DNA from: Nageia nagi
Lineage: Eukaryota; Plantae; Pinophyta
Length of the DNA: 64,000 nt
NCBI GenBank assembly: GCA_050084985.1
Contig: JBITNC010000002.1
Coordinates: 17,856,001 to 17,920,000, forward strand
Direction: 5' to 3'
Positions 1-12,069 of this stretch are shown one piece after another. Each line of letters starts with the position of its first letter. Position 1 is the stretch's first letter. The notes below the pieces were generated by a model. The model searched no databases and was not told the DNA's origin. It worked only from the letters and a program-made list of their open reading frames with translations. A program made the position numbers and the translations under genes.

Positions 1-1
1 T

Positions 2-3000
2 GGCAACTACAGGCACAGGAATGATAAAGCAGGATCAAGCAATCCAACACCTCAAGAAAAGTTTGATGGGAATTGTAACTTCTGTGGCATCTTTGGGCAT
101 AAAGAGTATGATTGTCGCAAAAAGAAATTTGCTCAAAAAGGAAAGGGAAATGCAAATGTGAGAAATTTCAATAATAAAAAGAAGAACAAGCATGCTGCTT
201 CTGTTGCCTACTACTCAATGACTCAAACTATTTCAAATGACTGGATTGTTGATACAGGATGCACTAATCACATGTGTTATGAAAAAGATAAGTTTGAAAA
301 CTTTCATAAGTACAAAAAGGATGCAGTTGTGATAGGTGATAATACAGTCCTTGATGTTCACGGAATAGGAAGTGTGAAGATTCATGGAAAGACTCTTGAC
401 AATGTCTTTTATGTGCCTAAACTAAGGATGAATCTCATCTCCGTGATTCAAATTACAAGGAAAGGATGCTCATTTGAGTTTACCTCACACTCTTGGTGTG
501 TTAAGAAAGGACTTGCCACTTTGATGAAAGGATCAGTAAAGAATGACCTTTATATTGTGGATCAAGTACCTTCAAAGATTTGTCTTGCTACAAATGTTTG
601 TTCAAAAGGTAATCTTTGGCATCAATGATTAGGACACCTTAACCACAAGAGTATTCAAGCTATGAAAACTCAAGAACTTATGGAAGGTTTACCTAATATT
701 TCACCCACAGTTGGTCTTTGTGAAAGGTGCATTCTAGGAAAGATGCATAGGCAAAAGTTTGAAAAAGATAAGGCAACTCGGGCTACTTGTCCTCTTTAGC
801 TTGTGCATTCAGATTTGATGGGTCCTTTTCAGACTAAGTCACTAGGTGGAGCTTCTTATGTTCTGACCTTCATTGATGACTTCAGTAGGATGACATTTGG
901 TTATCTACTTGAGCACAAGGATCAAACTTTTGACAGGTTTCAAGACTTCAAGGCACTTGTTGAAAATCAAACTGATTTTAAGATCAAAATGCTGAGATCT
1001 GACAATGGGGGTGAATATAATAGCAATGAGTTTAACAACTTTTGTGTTAAACACGGGATTAAGCGACAATTCACAATCCCATACACCCCTCAGCAAAATG
1101 GAGTTGCTGAAAGGAAGAATCGCACCATTATGGAAATGGCAAGATGCATGTTGGGTAACCTTCCTAGTTTCTTATGGGGCGAAGCTATTCACACTGCTAT
1201 TCACACCCTAAATAGGTGTCCTACTAAGGCAGTTGAAGGTAAAACTCCATATGAAGCATGGACAGGAAAGAAACCTAACCTCTCACACTTCAGGGTCTTC
1301 GGTTGTGATGCATTTGCCTTCATTACCTCAGAGAAAAGAAAGAAGCTAGATAAACGATCAGAAAAATGCATCTTTGTGGGGTATGATAATCAGCATAGAG
1401 GTTACAGGCTCTACTCTTCATCCCATAAAATAGTCTTTGTTTCTAGGGATGTTAAGTTCAATGAACTTTCTGAGGATACGACCTCTCATGCTGAAGTGTC
1501 TGATACAGATGATTCCTCGCCTGCACCTAACTGGTTGGATGATCATGTAGAGAAGTCACCACAAGAGCAAAATTATCCAGCACAGAGAATTACAAGAAGT
1601 ATGACCTTGAATAAATCCTTATTTGCCAAAATTGATAATATGCATGAGCCATCCACCTTCAAAGAAGCTTCCAAGCAAGAGTGTTGGATGGAAGCTATGA
1701 ATGTTGAGTATGAGGCGCTCATAAAAAATGAAACTTGGGATTTAGTTCCTTATCCCAATGAGAAAAATGTGATTGGCAATAAATGGATATACAAGGTCAA
1801 GTACAATTCTGATGGAAACATTGAAAAATACAAGGCAAGGTTAGTAGCCAAAGGATTCGCTCAGAAATATGGTATTGATTATGAGGAAACCTTTGCTCCT
1901 GTAGCCAAGATGCCTACTGTCAGAATAATTCTTGCTCTTTCTGCAGCTCAAGGATGGAAAGCTTTTCAACTTGATGTCAAAAGTGCATTTCTCAATGGTG
2001 ACTTAGATGTTGAAATCTACATGAATCAACCAGAAGGATTTATTCCAGAAGGAAAAGAGACTCTTGTGTGCAAACTAAAGAAGTCTTTGTATGGACTTAA
2101 GCAAGCACCTAGAGCATGGTACAAGAAAATTTCAGGATTCTTTGCAGATATTGGTTTTTCCAAGTGCTTCTTAGATTCAGATCTATATGTACTCAATCAA
2201 GGACAAGACGTGGTCATAATTCTCCTTTATGTGGATGATCTTCTCATAACAGGCAATAATATTGAAATCATCCAAGAGTGCATCTCCAAACTCAAGGCAA
2301 CATTTGAAATGACTGATCTAGGTCTATTGCATTACTATCTTGGGATGCAAGTATACCAACACAAAGATTGTACTTATCTTAGTCAATCTAAGTATATATC
2401 AGACATCTTGCAAAAGTTTGGAATGGAGGAGTGCAAATATGCTGCAATACCTGTTTCTCCTAGAATTGTTGTCTCACTGAGCTCAGATTCTCAGTTGGCT
2501 GATGCTACAGCTTATAGATAATTGATTGGTAGTCTTCTGTATCTGACTATCTCTCGTCCTGATATTGCTTTTGCAGTGAATCTGATGGCACGATTCATGC
2601 AAAAACCATATGTTGAACACCTCAATGCTGTTAAGCAAATCTTGAGGTATGTCGCAGGGATGAAGGATCTTGCTCTTAAGTATTCCCAAGTGCCCTCGAT
2701 TGTTCTCTCAGGGTTCTCAGATTCTGATTATGGGGGAGATAAAGATGATATAAAATCAACCTCTGCATATGTGTTTAGCATTGGTTCAGGTGCTATCTCT
2801 TGGGCTTCCAAGAAGCAACCTACTGTGACTCTTTCTACCACCGAAGCCGAATATCGAGCCATGTCTGTTGCCGCCCAAGAAGCTATTTGGCTAAGACATC
2901 TTCTGAACGAAATTGGGTATACGTAAAATGGCCCATCTCTTATTTCGTCAGATAATCAATAGGCTATCTCTTTGGCTAAGAATCCTGTGTTCCATCAGCG

Positions 3001-3193
3001 AACCAAACATGTAGAAATCCAAGCTCATTTTATCAGGGAGAAGGTTCTAGATGACATCATACACTTGCAGTATTGTCCATCTACTGACAACTCCGCTGAT
3101 TTGTTCACCAAGCCCCTTCCTGAAGCTCAGTTCTGCAAGCTTAGGGATTCTCTAGGGTTGGTGAAGTTGCCCTCAAGGGGGAGTGAAGTTTAA
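2..3193 (+). pseudogene. E1 gag-pol polyprotein, single frame broken by 5 stop codons
   Basis: CNFCGIFGHKEYDC knuckle (~74-118); DWIVDTGCTNHM protease; HSDLMGP, RSDNGGEY and PQQNGVAER integrase; LYVDDLL RT; SDSDY and RTKHVE RNase H. ORFs 158, 803, 2522 and 2972 share one frame; stops at 626, 797, 2519, 2924, 2960. Confidence 0.95.
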
Positions 3194-3241
3194 ACTTTTG
3201 TTAGTGATGACAACTTCACCTCTAAGAAGCCTTTTTTGATT

Positions 3242-3540
3242 GTACATTCTAGACCTCCATGGTAAGTTTGCTCTGCGTGACAAACTTGTTGTACAATTGT
3301 TGTTATAGAGTGTTGATTATTTTATATACCTCAGTGGTAAGTTTGCTCTGCGTGACAAACTTGTTGTACATTTTATACCTCCGTGGTGAGTTTTCTCTGC
3401 GTGAGAAACTTATTGTACAAATTTTGAGCATGTAATTAATATACCTCCGTGGTAAGTTCGCTCTGCGTGACGAACTTGTTGTACATTCTATACCTCTGTG
3501 GTGAGTTTGCTCTGCGTGAGAAACTCGTTGTACAATTTTA
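3242..3540 (+). repeat. Five-unit hairpin repeat array in the E1 3' UTR
   Basis: Unit ACCTCNRTGGTRAGTTYKCTCTGCGTGASRAACTYRTTGTACA at ~3253, 3328, 3377, 3443, 3492 (spacing 75/49/66/49). Confidence 0.95.
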
Positions 3541-4013
3541 TGCTCTATTTTTAAAATCAACACATGTCTATATACAACAGGTGACTATGAGTGATGGCTT
3601 GGCATCTCTGTGATGGCTTATAGTGCACCATTGATCAGTTATTTATAAGATGGCATTATTTGATTCTCTTATTTGAATATATGATGCATCTAACTGATTT
3701 TGTTCATGAGTTGCTTGTAGCATGCAGGATCTTCTTTAGAAATACAGGTTACTCACCTTGTGAAAGCAAGCTCATGGAGACTCACATGTCAGCTTAAAGT
3801 TGATCGACTACTATGTACAGTGAAACCAGTTGTGGTTAATGATTGTATTGTAAACCATTTTTTGTCAAATGGTAATGTAGTGAGTCTCATACTAGTTCTC
3901 AAAAAGATTCTCAAAATATGTAAAAGTTCTCATCTCCACTTGTATCTCTATGGAGGAGAACTCTCTCTTACTCTCTCTCTTCTCTCTTCTACGCTCTATC
4001 CCAATATTGCATT

Positions 4014-4022
4014 AAGGGGGAG
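4014..4022 (+). other. Polypurine tract of E1
   Basis: AAGGGGGAG directly before the LTR TG; same motif at 31584-31592, decayed at 39465-39473. Confidence 0.9.
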
Positions 4023-4511
4023 TGTTAGAATTTGTAATGAAATATTGTGAATATCTAAACTCCTTGTAAATTCAATTAATCACTTAAAGGTATGTAGATA
4101 CCTTAAGTGATTAATAGAATTCTTTAATATGTAGACTTTGACTTTACCAAAGGAGTTAGTTGGTAGGTTGAAGTTTGGTGGTACATTTAATGTAACCCTA
4201 ACCTTACCCTTGGGTTAAAGGAAGGTTAGAGAGGTGCTCTCAACCTATAAATAGAGGGCCTCTCCTCATGTAAACATATCTAAGTTTTGAGTAAGATTAC
4301 TCTACTTGGTTGTGTAGGAGAGAGTTAGAGAATAGTTGTAAGAGAGACATAGATTTGAGAATAAGAGAACTAGTTGTGGATGTACTCCCAAGGAGGGAGG
4401 AACCACATTATATTGATGTGTTATCTTGAGTGATTGTGTTATCTTGTGTACACTTGAGTTTCCTAGTCTAAGGTCCTAGAGGATTTGTTTAGATCTAGTT
4501 CAAATCCTTCA
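4023..4511 (+). repeat. E1 3' LTR (~489 bp)
   Basis: TGTTAGAA...ATCCTTCA; CTATAAATA TATA box ~4245; GTGGATGTACTCC...GGAGGAACCAC motif shared with the E2/E3 LTRs. Confidence 0.85.
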
Positions 4512-5139
4512 GATTCATCTTGCCCCAAGGCATCTCAATAATAAGCTCTTATGCTAAGGAAGCATTTAGCATCAATGAGGAATAATACAACCAACATCTT
4601 TTCATAATGGTAATGATAACAATAGCATATGTAAAATAGAAAACAAAATAAGGTTCCAAGCTAACTCATCAACATATATCAAGGAAAGGATCCCTTTGCC
4701 AATATATATTTTCAATCTCTCATACAAATAATCAAGGAGTATATAAACAAGAATACATTCAACAATGAAGGCCTTATAATATGATATAACACAAAACCAT
4801 CCCTTTATTCATTATTACAAAATCTAGATACCTAACGTCCAAAGGTGGGGCAAATTACTGCCTTTGAATTTAAATTATTTCCCAATGGATTTTAAACTCA
4901 AAAGCTACTACATGCAAATGCTATCCATGTTCCAAGTTAATGCCTTAGTGTTATAAATACTTCCCAATGGTTTTAAAACACAAATATTTTCAAAGATTTT
5001 TCATACAATGCTTTCTAAGGGTTCCAAAATATTATGCTACCCAAGGTGACTACATAAAAATGTCTAAGGTTTTAAATGTGTAAAGTTAAATTGTAATTCA
5101 AAGACCTTTCAAGGTATCCCATAAATGCTGTAGGATAAC

Positions 5140-5265
5140 ACAAACTCAACATTCAATTGATATATTCAAATGCTCAATGAAATATTCAAGTATTCAAATA
5201 CTCAATTGAGATGATCACATACTCGATAAAATACTCGAATACTAAATTGATATATTCAAATACCT
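5140..5265. repeat. Degenerate ~20-bp tandem repeat
   Basis: Recurrent TTCAAATACTCAATTGA(T)ATA-like units. Confidence 0.55.
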
Positions 5266-5399
5266 TAATGTTAAGTGAATGATGCAAAAGAGGTGAAGGT
5301 AGAAAAAGGGGTTCATAACACCATGTATATAAGCATGCTCTACAACATTGACTAAATTACCAACTAAATATTTATGTCTTGACTCAATATTTCCCCTTT

Positions 5400-8300
5400 C
5401 TACCTCTCAGATTTCTTTTCAAAATTATCTAACATCCCCCTCCAAAACTTCTCCTTCACCCTCCTCATAAAAAAAGGCATACCAAGATATGTAGATGGAA
5501 GTGAACTAACTTGACATTGGCCTCTCTCAAGGGTATTAACAAAGATCCTTATTTTATTGTAATTTATCTGCTGATTAGAGCCTTTTCATATTTATCAAGT
5601 ATTTATTTCCTTTATCTTGCATCCATCATACTAGCTTGTCCCACCAAAATTGTGTTATCTAGAAATTGATGATAAGTGCTTTAGCCACGATTTAGTATTG
5701 GCTTGATTCTCTTAACCATACTTACTTCTCTAGTTGATATCATGGATCTCCCTAAAGCCTCATCCATGATGATTAAGGGATATAGAGAGATGGGATTACC
5801 CTACCTTAGAACTCATAACTTTGAAGAATCTTTTGCTTCCCCATTCACTAAAATTGAGAAGGTGGTTGATGAAGTACATAGGTTAATTCATTTCCTCCAT
5901 CATTTATTAAATATAAGCTTCCTAAGGACTCAATTAAGGAATTGACATAATACTCTATCATATGATTTTTGTATATCCAATTTAATGAACATACTTGCTT
6001 TCTTTTTTCAATTTGATGGAGTGAATGGTTTCATGCATAGCTATAATTCCATCCATAGCTTGCCTTTCCTAAATAAATCTATATTGCTCTACCAAAATTA
6101 ATTTTGGAAATATCTCTTTCATTATATTTTCAAGGATCCTATTAATTAGCTCATACACTATGTTGCATAGGCTGAAAATCCTTTTAAGTCTATGGTGCCC
6201 TAGATATTAGGGATTAAGACCAAAATTATTACATTCCAAATCTTTAAGAAATCATAATTTCTTTGGAATTTCCTCGTAACTTCTATGACATATTTTCGAA
6301 TAATATCCCAAAAATATTGAAAGAATCTAGCTAAAAAACCATTCAAGCCAGATGTTTTATCTTTCCCCATACTGAATATATAAAATTTAAACTCTTCCTC
6401 CATAAATGGTGTAGTAAGGTTTTGGTTTTCTTCTTCATTGACTAAGTTATGGATATGATTCATAAGTGTTTTGGTTGTGATCAAGTTAGTCTTCTCCTTT
6501 TTCAGGGATGAACAAATTACTATCGAGTATAACCATTTTTTTCTTTCATTTCTAGTTCACTCTGTACCAAAATTTTATCTTCTCTTTAAATCCCCTCAAT
6601 CTTGTTAAAGGTTATTCTTATCATCGTGATGATTTTGAAAATTTTCATGTTCCTATACCCTTTTATAAGCCATGATATCCTTGATTTTTGTTTCCAATGG
6701 GTTTCTAGTTCTTATATCATAATATTATGATAATTAGCCATTAAACCTCTTTCTCTTACTTCCTCTCTCTGATTTACATATTTATTAATATGAGATCTCC
6801 AAGTGCTCTGATTCACTTATGATGGTTTGTTTTTCCTTTTTATATTCCTAAAGATATTTTGTTCCATTCTTTTAGTATTTTATTTATATATTGTAGTTTA
6901 TCCCCCACCATTCCTAAATTTTGTTAGAGATATCAAGGTGTCTATAAACATTGCTTTAAACCTAAAAGGCAAGTTTTTTCTTGTAAATGGGTTTTCTTGA
7001 AGAAATATGGGTGCATGATTGGAAAAAAATTTACTTCTATATAGAGCGAATAACTAGGAACTTGTGTCATCCAATCTAGTTTTAATAAAATCATCTTTTA
7101 TTCTCATATTTTTCCAAGTGAACTTACTTCATATTAAATTTAGATCAATGAATTTGTTATTATCAAGGAATTCTCTTAGATCAACCATTGACTCCTTAAA
7201 GCCTCCCCCATCCTCCCAACTTCTTATGTGGATGCAAGGGAGTGTTGAAATTTCCTATAATTAATTATGGTCATTCATTAAATTTCCTTCTATTTGTGGT
7301 TAAACACACAAACTTACTTCTCCTTCCAATTAGGTCACTTGACACATAGAGATTGGAAACAACAAATGAAAAGTTTGATTTTATAAAAGTAAAAGAATAA
7401 TGTAGGTATCTATTGGATTGACCTTGGAAAGGAATTATGATAACACTGATTATGTCTAGATTCCACATTGTTAGTAGAAATATCGATGCACCATTATCAT
7501 CTCTTCACTCAAAATTTGATTCCTTCCATATTTTTTGCTTAACTCCCATTGTTCTCCCTTCCTTTAACTTAGACTATTGAATCTACAACATGTCTAGTTT
7601 TCTTTATTTAAAAAGGTCTTTTAGGTCTCTCTATCTATCAAGGGCATTACAATAAGTTATATTATAATTTAATATCTTCATGGATATTTTTAATTGGTTA
7701 AGATACCCCCAATATGCTCTACAATATGTTGAAATCCATTTGCAATATCCTCAGTTATTCTTTATTGATTGGGTTTTCCTTTATGAGCATGATCTACATT
7801 GGGTGTTTTTCTTAAATGTATAATTATTCCATATAGTATGGATCCACTTTCATCTATTACATTCATCTATATTCTATATTCATCCTCTTGCTCTCCTCCT
7901 TGTTTATTTATTTTGCATACCATCTCCCATGAGGCACCATATTGAATTATCTCCATATCTATATTACCTTAGTTCATTTGTTCTTCTTTATTTATATCTT
8001 CGATCCTAATTTCATTTATTTCTTCAAGACCCAAAATATATTAATCAAAAAGAATAAGTGTTCGAAATCATTTATTACATTATGAATTTTGTTGATTCTA
8101 TGAAGGTTTTTGTTGTTAGTGGATTCCAATAGGAGGTTCAACTTGAGATTGACCTCTCTCCTATTGTCTTTGGAATGGGCATCACACTATTTTATCCCTC
8201 CTCATTTTCATTTTCCTTTCTAATCATTCTCGAGTAAACTAATCAAAATTTATGTAGATGTTGCATCTAACTAGGAGGTTTTCATACATTATTTCATTTT

Positions 8301-8900
8301 CCCAAGATCATCCCTCATATTCATCGATGAAAATTTTGCTTCTAAGATCCTTTGTGATATCAATGTTAACATAAAATCCCATGCTTATCATCCTAATTTT
8401 AAGTTGTGAAACTTTTTCTATTAAGACTAGAGAACCAATACTATTCATAATCATTCCAAACTATTGATATTCCAATAATAAGTAGACATATTAGGTAGGA
8501 TCACCCATATTGGAACAAGTTTCATATTTTTCAATTCAAGTTGGATCTCCTCTACCATCAGTTTGGGACGAATCCTTATTGTCTAAGGAACCATAGACCA
8601 AGTTCAAGCACTTTGGTGACATTATTTTTCATTAGTAAATTTAAATTAGATGAATTCTCATAAGAGCACAACCAAGTCAACCTAACCAAATATCTTCCAT
8701 TTTTCCACCATCCACCTCCTAATTATATCTAAGTTTTGTCTTATTCCAATAAATCTTCCTATCAGTGTGTTCATTCTTCTTTCTATTTTGAATGTCTAAA
8801 TTTATTTGGAGACAATGATGTGCACCTCATTATAAATTATTATAGCCATAATTTTGATATTAATTTGATCTTCAATCCTATCTCTAGTCACTATGTTCAC
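5400..8900 (-). mobile_element. Decayed L1-type LINE (ORF1, APE endonuclease and RT remnants)
   Basis: Minus-strand motifs: PFMEEEFKFYIFSMGKDKTSGLNGFLARFFQYFWDII (6200-6484), IKLDIQKSYDRV (~5955-5990), LR*GNPIS (~5790-5810), LPSTYLG (~5490); ORF1-type VPIWVILP (~8500). Boundaries approximate. Confidence 0.8.
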
Positions 8901-11900
8901 CTAATTTCATGGTGATTTAGGATCAGGTCTTTGTATTTTCTTAATCATAACATTGCGATCAATAAAGAGATTCATGTTTTTTTGTGGGAGATATATCACA
9001 CAAAAAAATACAAGAAATTTATGAAGGGTTGGAGAAATTATCTTAGGTTATAAAAGAAAATGATACATTTCTAATACGAGATTTGTTCTGCAAAATGTCA
9101 ATGAGGAAGAGAAGGAACGAACTCTTTGTCACCATAGTGAGAATCTAGTAATTACTTTTGGTCTAGTAAACACATCCTCTAGCACAACCATTAAATTTAT
9201 GAAGAATATTCAAGTATGTGGTAACTACCACTTTGCAATAGCCTTTCTCTCCAAAATGGTTGCATTACAACCGTTTTCACCACTTCAAGGATGGACAATG
9301 TTGATATGGTGATTACTAGTTATTCACTAAAGGATGTTTGTTGTGGAAATGGAATGAAGCCCATAACATCAATAAATAAAACCACAAGATCATTTAATGG
9401 TTGGTATATTAGCTGGACAATAATTATTAAAAGCCTAGTGGCTAACTATTTTTAGAATTGACAACATTGCATATGATTGCTCCATGTGAACATTGACCAA
9501 TTACTTGGGAGAATGAACTAACATTATATGAATAGGACAAATTAGATAATCATAGATCATGTTAGCATATGAGCTCCTGGTATATAAATTGATTAAGTCT
9601 ATACGGTAATTAATCTATAAAATTATTTGTATAAAATCTATTATATTATGCATACTACATGCCTAACACCACAATATGAATAATGCCCGTAAACAACCAA
9701 TCATCCATAAATTAGAATTATTTAAAAGCAATTACTATTCCAACCAGCCCTCAAAGAATTTGAATGTGACCTAGTTAATCAATAATCTTTAACATAACAC
9801 AGTTACACAGGATGAAATATATTCTGAATTGAATTGTAAATACAAGAATGAAGTTCAAGCTCATTAAGTTAATATTGCTCAAATAACAAGAGTCTTATGA
9901 AAGAATAATAGTGGCCAACATGAATCCCTTTAGTACAAACCAAAGCACTGCAAAAGAATTAGGAAATCATAATTAATGTGAAGAAACTAAAACACATCAC
10001 TACTTATAAGAATTCAAAATAAGGTTTATAGCTAGTCACATGCAATAGATTAATTGATTACTTATAAAAGAAAAAGGTTACACACATTTTTATTTGCATT
10101 AGAGGAAATATAATGACGATTATCCCTATCCAAGTATATTTACAATGGAAACTCGTACCTATCATTGATTTGTAAGCAATTATATGTCATATTTATGCTA
10201 GAAAGGTAAACAACAAAACTTCTAGGTCATGTTGTGGAGTTCAAGTTACATCCTTCATCATTTCCTGCAAAATGTTATGCAATAATGGCTTCTAGATTTA
10301 GAAAATCAAAAGGGTTAGGGTTAGAATTGGCAAATGATACTTTATGGAGGAAATAACTTCACTCTTATTATGTTTGTTTCTATTCAAAATTTTCCCTAAA
10401 TCATGCAAAGTTTGCAAGGGGTTGAGCTACTTTGAGGGGATTTTTTTCATGATTTTTAAGCATGGTTTTAAACTACCCTATTAGGTCTATTTGGGTGGTT
10501 TTTTATTTCATCATCTTTTAGGGTGATTCTTTCTCAGGGTGGTTTAGAATCACCATAAAAGATCACCCTTTAAAACTTTTTTTGGTGTATTGAGAGAAAG
10601 TCTTGAAAGAGTTTAGAGTTTGTTATAACAATTCATAAATGGGGTTCAACATGGCAAGAATAAGTAAATGTAGGTTATCACCGAAACTTTGGAACATATA
10701 TGAAATTTTAGTTTAGCTTCCATCTTTTAAATAATATGTTTCCGTAGCTTCATTAGGGAACTATGGAAAGGAAATAGTATACCCAAGAGCTGAGAAATCT
10801 CTCCATTATGAATCCATTTCCATTAGAATTGACCAAGCTAGGGATGACACTTAGGTCTTGATCTTTAGTCATTCCATAACCATAAACTCGTGCAACTCTT
10901 CCATAAAAGCTAACATCATTTCATTCGTTTTATTTCAAATCTCAATGTAGGTAAAGAAAGTAGCGATGGAGCTTGCTCACCTCTAGGAGCTAATTAATCA
11001 TTAGGGGAATGCTCTTTGTACTATCAACAACGTTCTACTTATCATTATCATCTCAAGGTCATTCCCAATCTCTACAAAGATGTCACTCACCTTTGAAAGC
11101 TCCCTCTCCCCACAACATTCATGCTAAGGTTTGGGAAAATCTATGGGCCAATCCAAATAAGCTTCCATCTTATGCTTTGGCAATCTTGCTAGTTTGCATC
11201 ATCACTATTATTACAGGGATAAAGGATGATGTTGACTGTACTCAGGAGGATTTGCCTAAGACTTCATTAATTGCCCTAAGTTGGGGGTTGAAGCCTCTTA
11301 CACAAAAAGTGTCAGATGGCTAGGAGCGCTTATTCATGAAAGCTCAATAATAAATTATCAGATGAAATGATTATTTGATTGTTTAATCATGTATATGTAA
11401 TACTACCATTTTGAACTTTACAATGTTATTTTAACAATTTTATTGTTTGTTTTGATCTCCATAATAATTTCTATATTTTTTATATTCCCCTCAAAATATT
11501 TCTACTTACCCACTTTTTTTATTGTAAAAATGTATTATATTATAATTTAATATAATTTTTTTACTAAAAAAATATCTTCATAGTAACCTAACCCCTATTT
11601 ATCCTTAACCATTCTATTAAAACTCCACTAAACCGAATCCTATTCAAATAACTCCACTAAACCAATACTATTATCTGTTTTAAAAATTGGCATGGATTTC
11701 AAAGAGAAGTGGATCTTCCACTTGACGAGTGGTGAGAGGAATGAAGTCTCGTAAAAATGGGAGACCCAGATTAGAATCTCACCTCTCCAGTACAAAATAG
11801 TAGAGAGATAGATACAAATCCCTGCTGAGTAATAGCAGATGCAAACCAGATCAAGAGAAAGGGTTTTTAATGATTCATTTCTTTGTTCATCAGATGCAGA

Positions 11901-12069
11901 ACCCATGGTGTTTAATTAAGTGCAGTTTATTGACGTGTATTTACTTCTGGCAGCCCTCAATGACACTGACCTGTGCTTTTTCTTCTCCATTCAAATTTGT
12001 TATTGTGAATAGAACGTTTTTGCAGGAAACCATAACATTTGATGCGTTCTCCAACACCTCCAGGCTCAA

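Larger units (their letters stand above)
1..4511 (+). mobile_element. Ty1/copia LTR retrotransposon E1 (5' part outside window)
   Basis: Domain order zinc knuckle-protease-integrase-RT-RNase H, then 3' UTR, PPT and a TG...CA LTR. Confidence 0.97.

Noticed and set aside
3242-3540. CRISPR array or hammerhead ribozyme array
   Set aside because: Eukaryotic retrotransposon context, no cas genes, inter-unit gaps near zero or short AT tracts; no CUGANGA/GAAA hammerhead core on either strand.
3303-3563. Minus-strand 86-aa ORF with SRRANLPRRY repeats
   Set aside because: It is the hairpin array read antisense; no ATG start and not conserved in E2.
3760-4050. 96-aa ORF after pol as an env-like gene
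   Set aside because: Non-ATG start, runs through the PPT and LTR, and the homologous E2/E3 regions have indels and stops.
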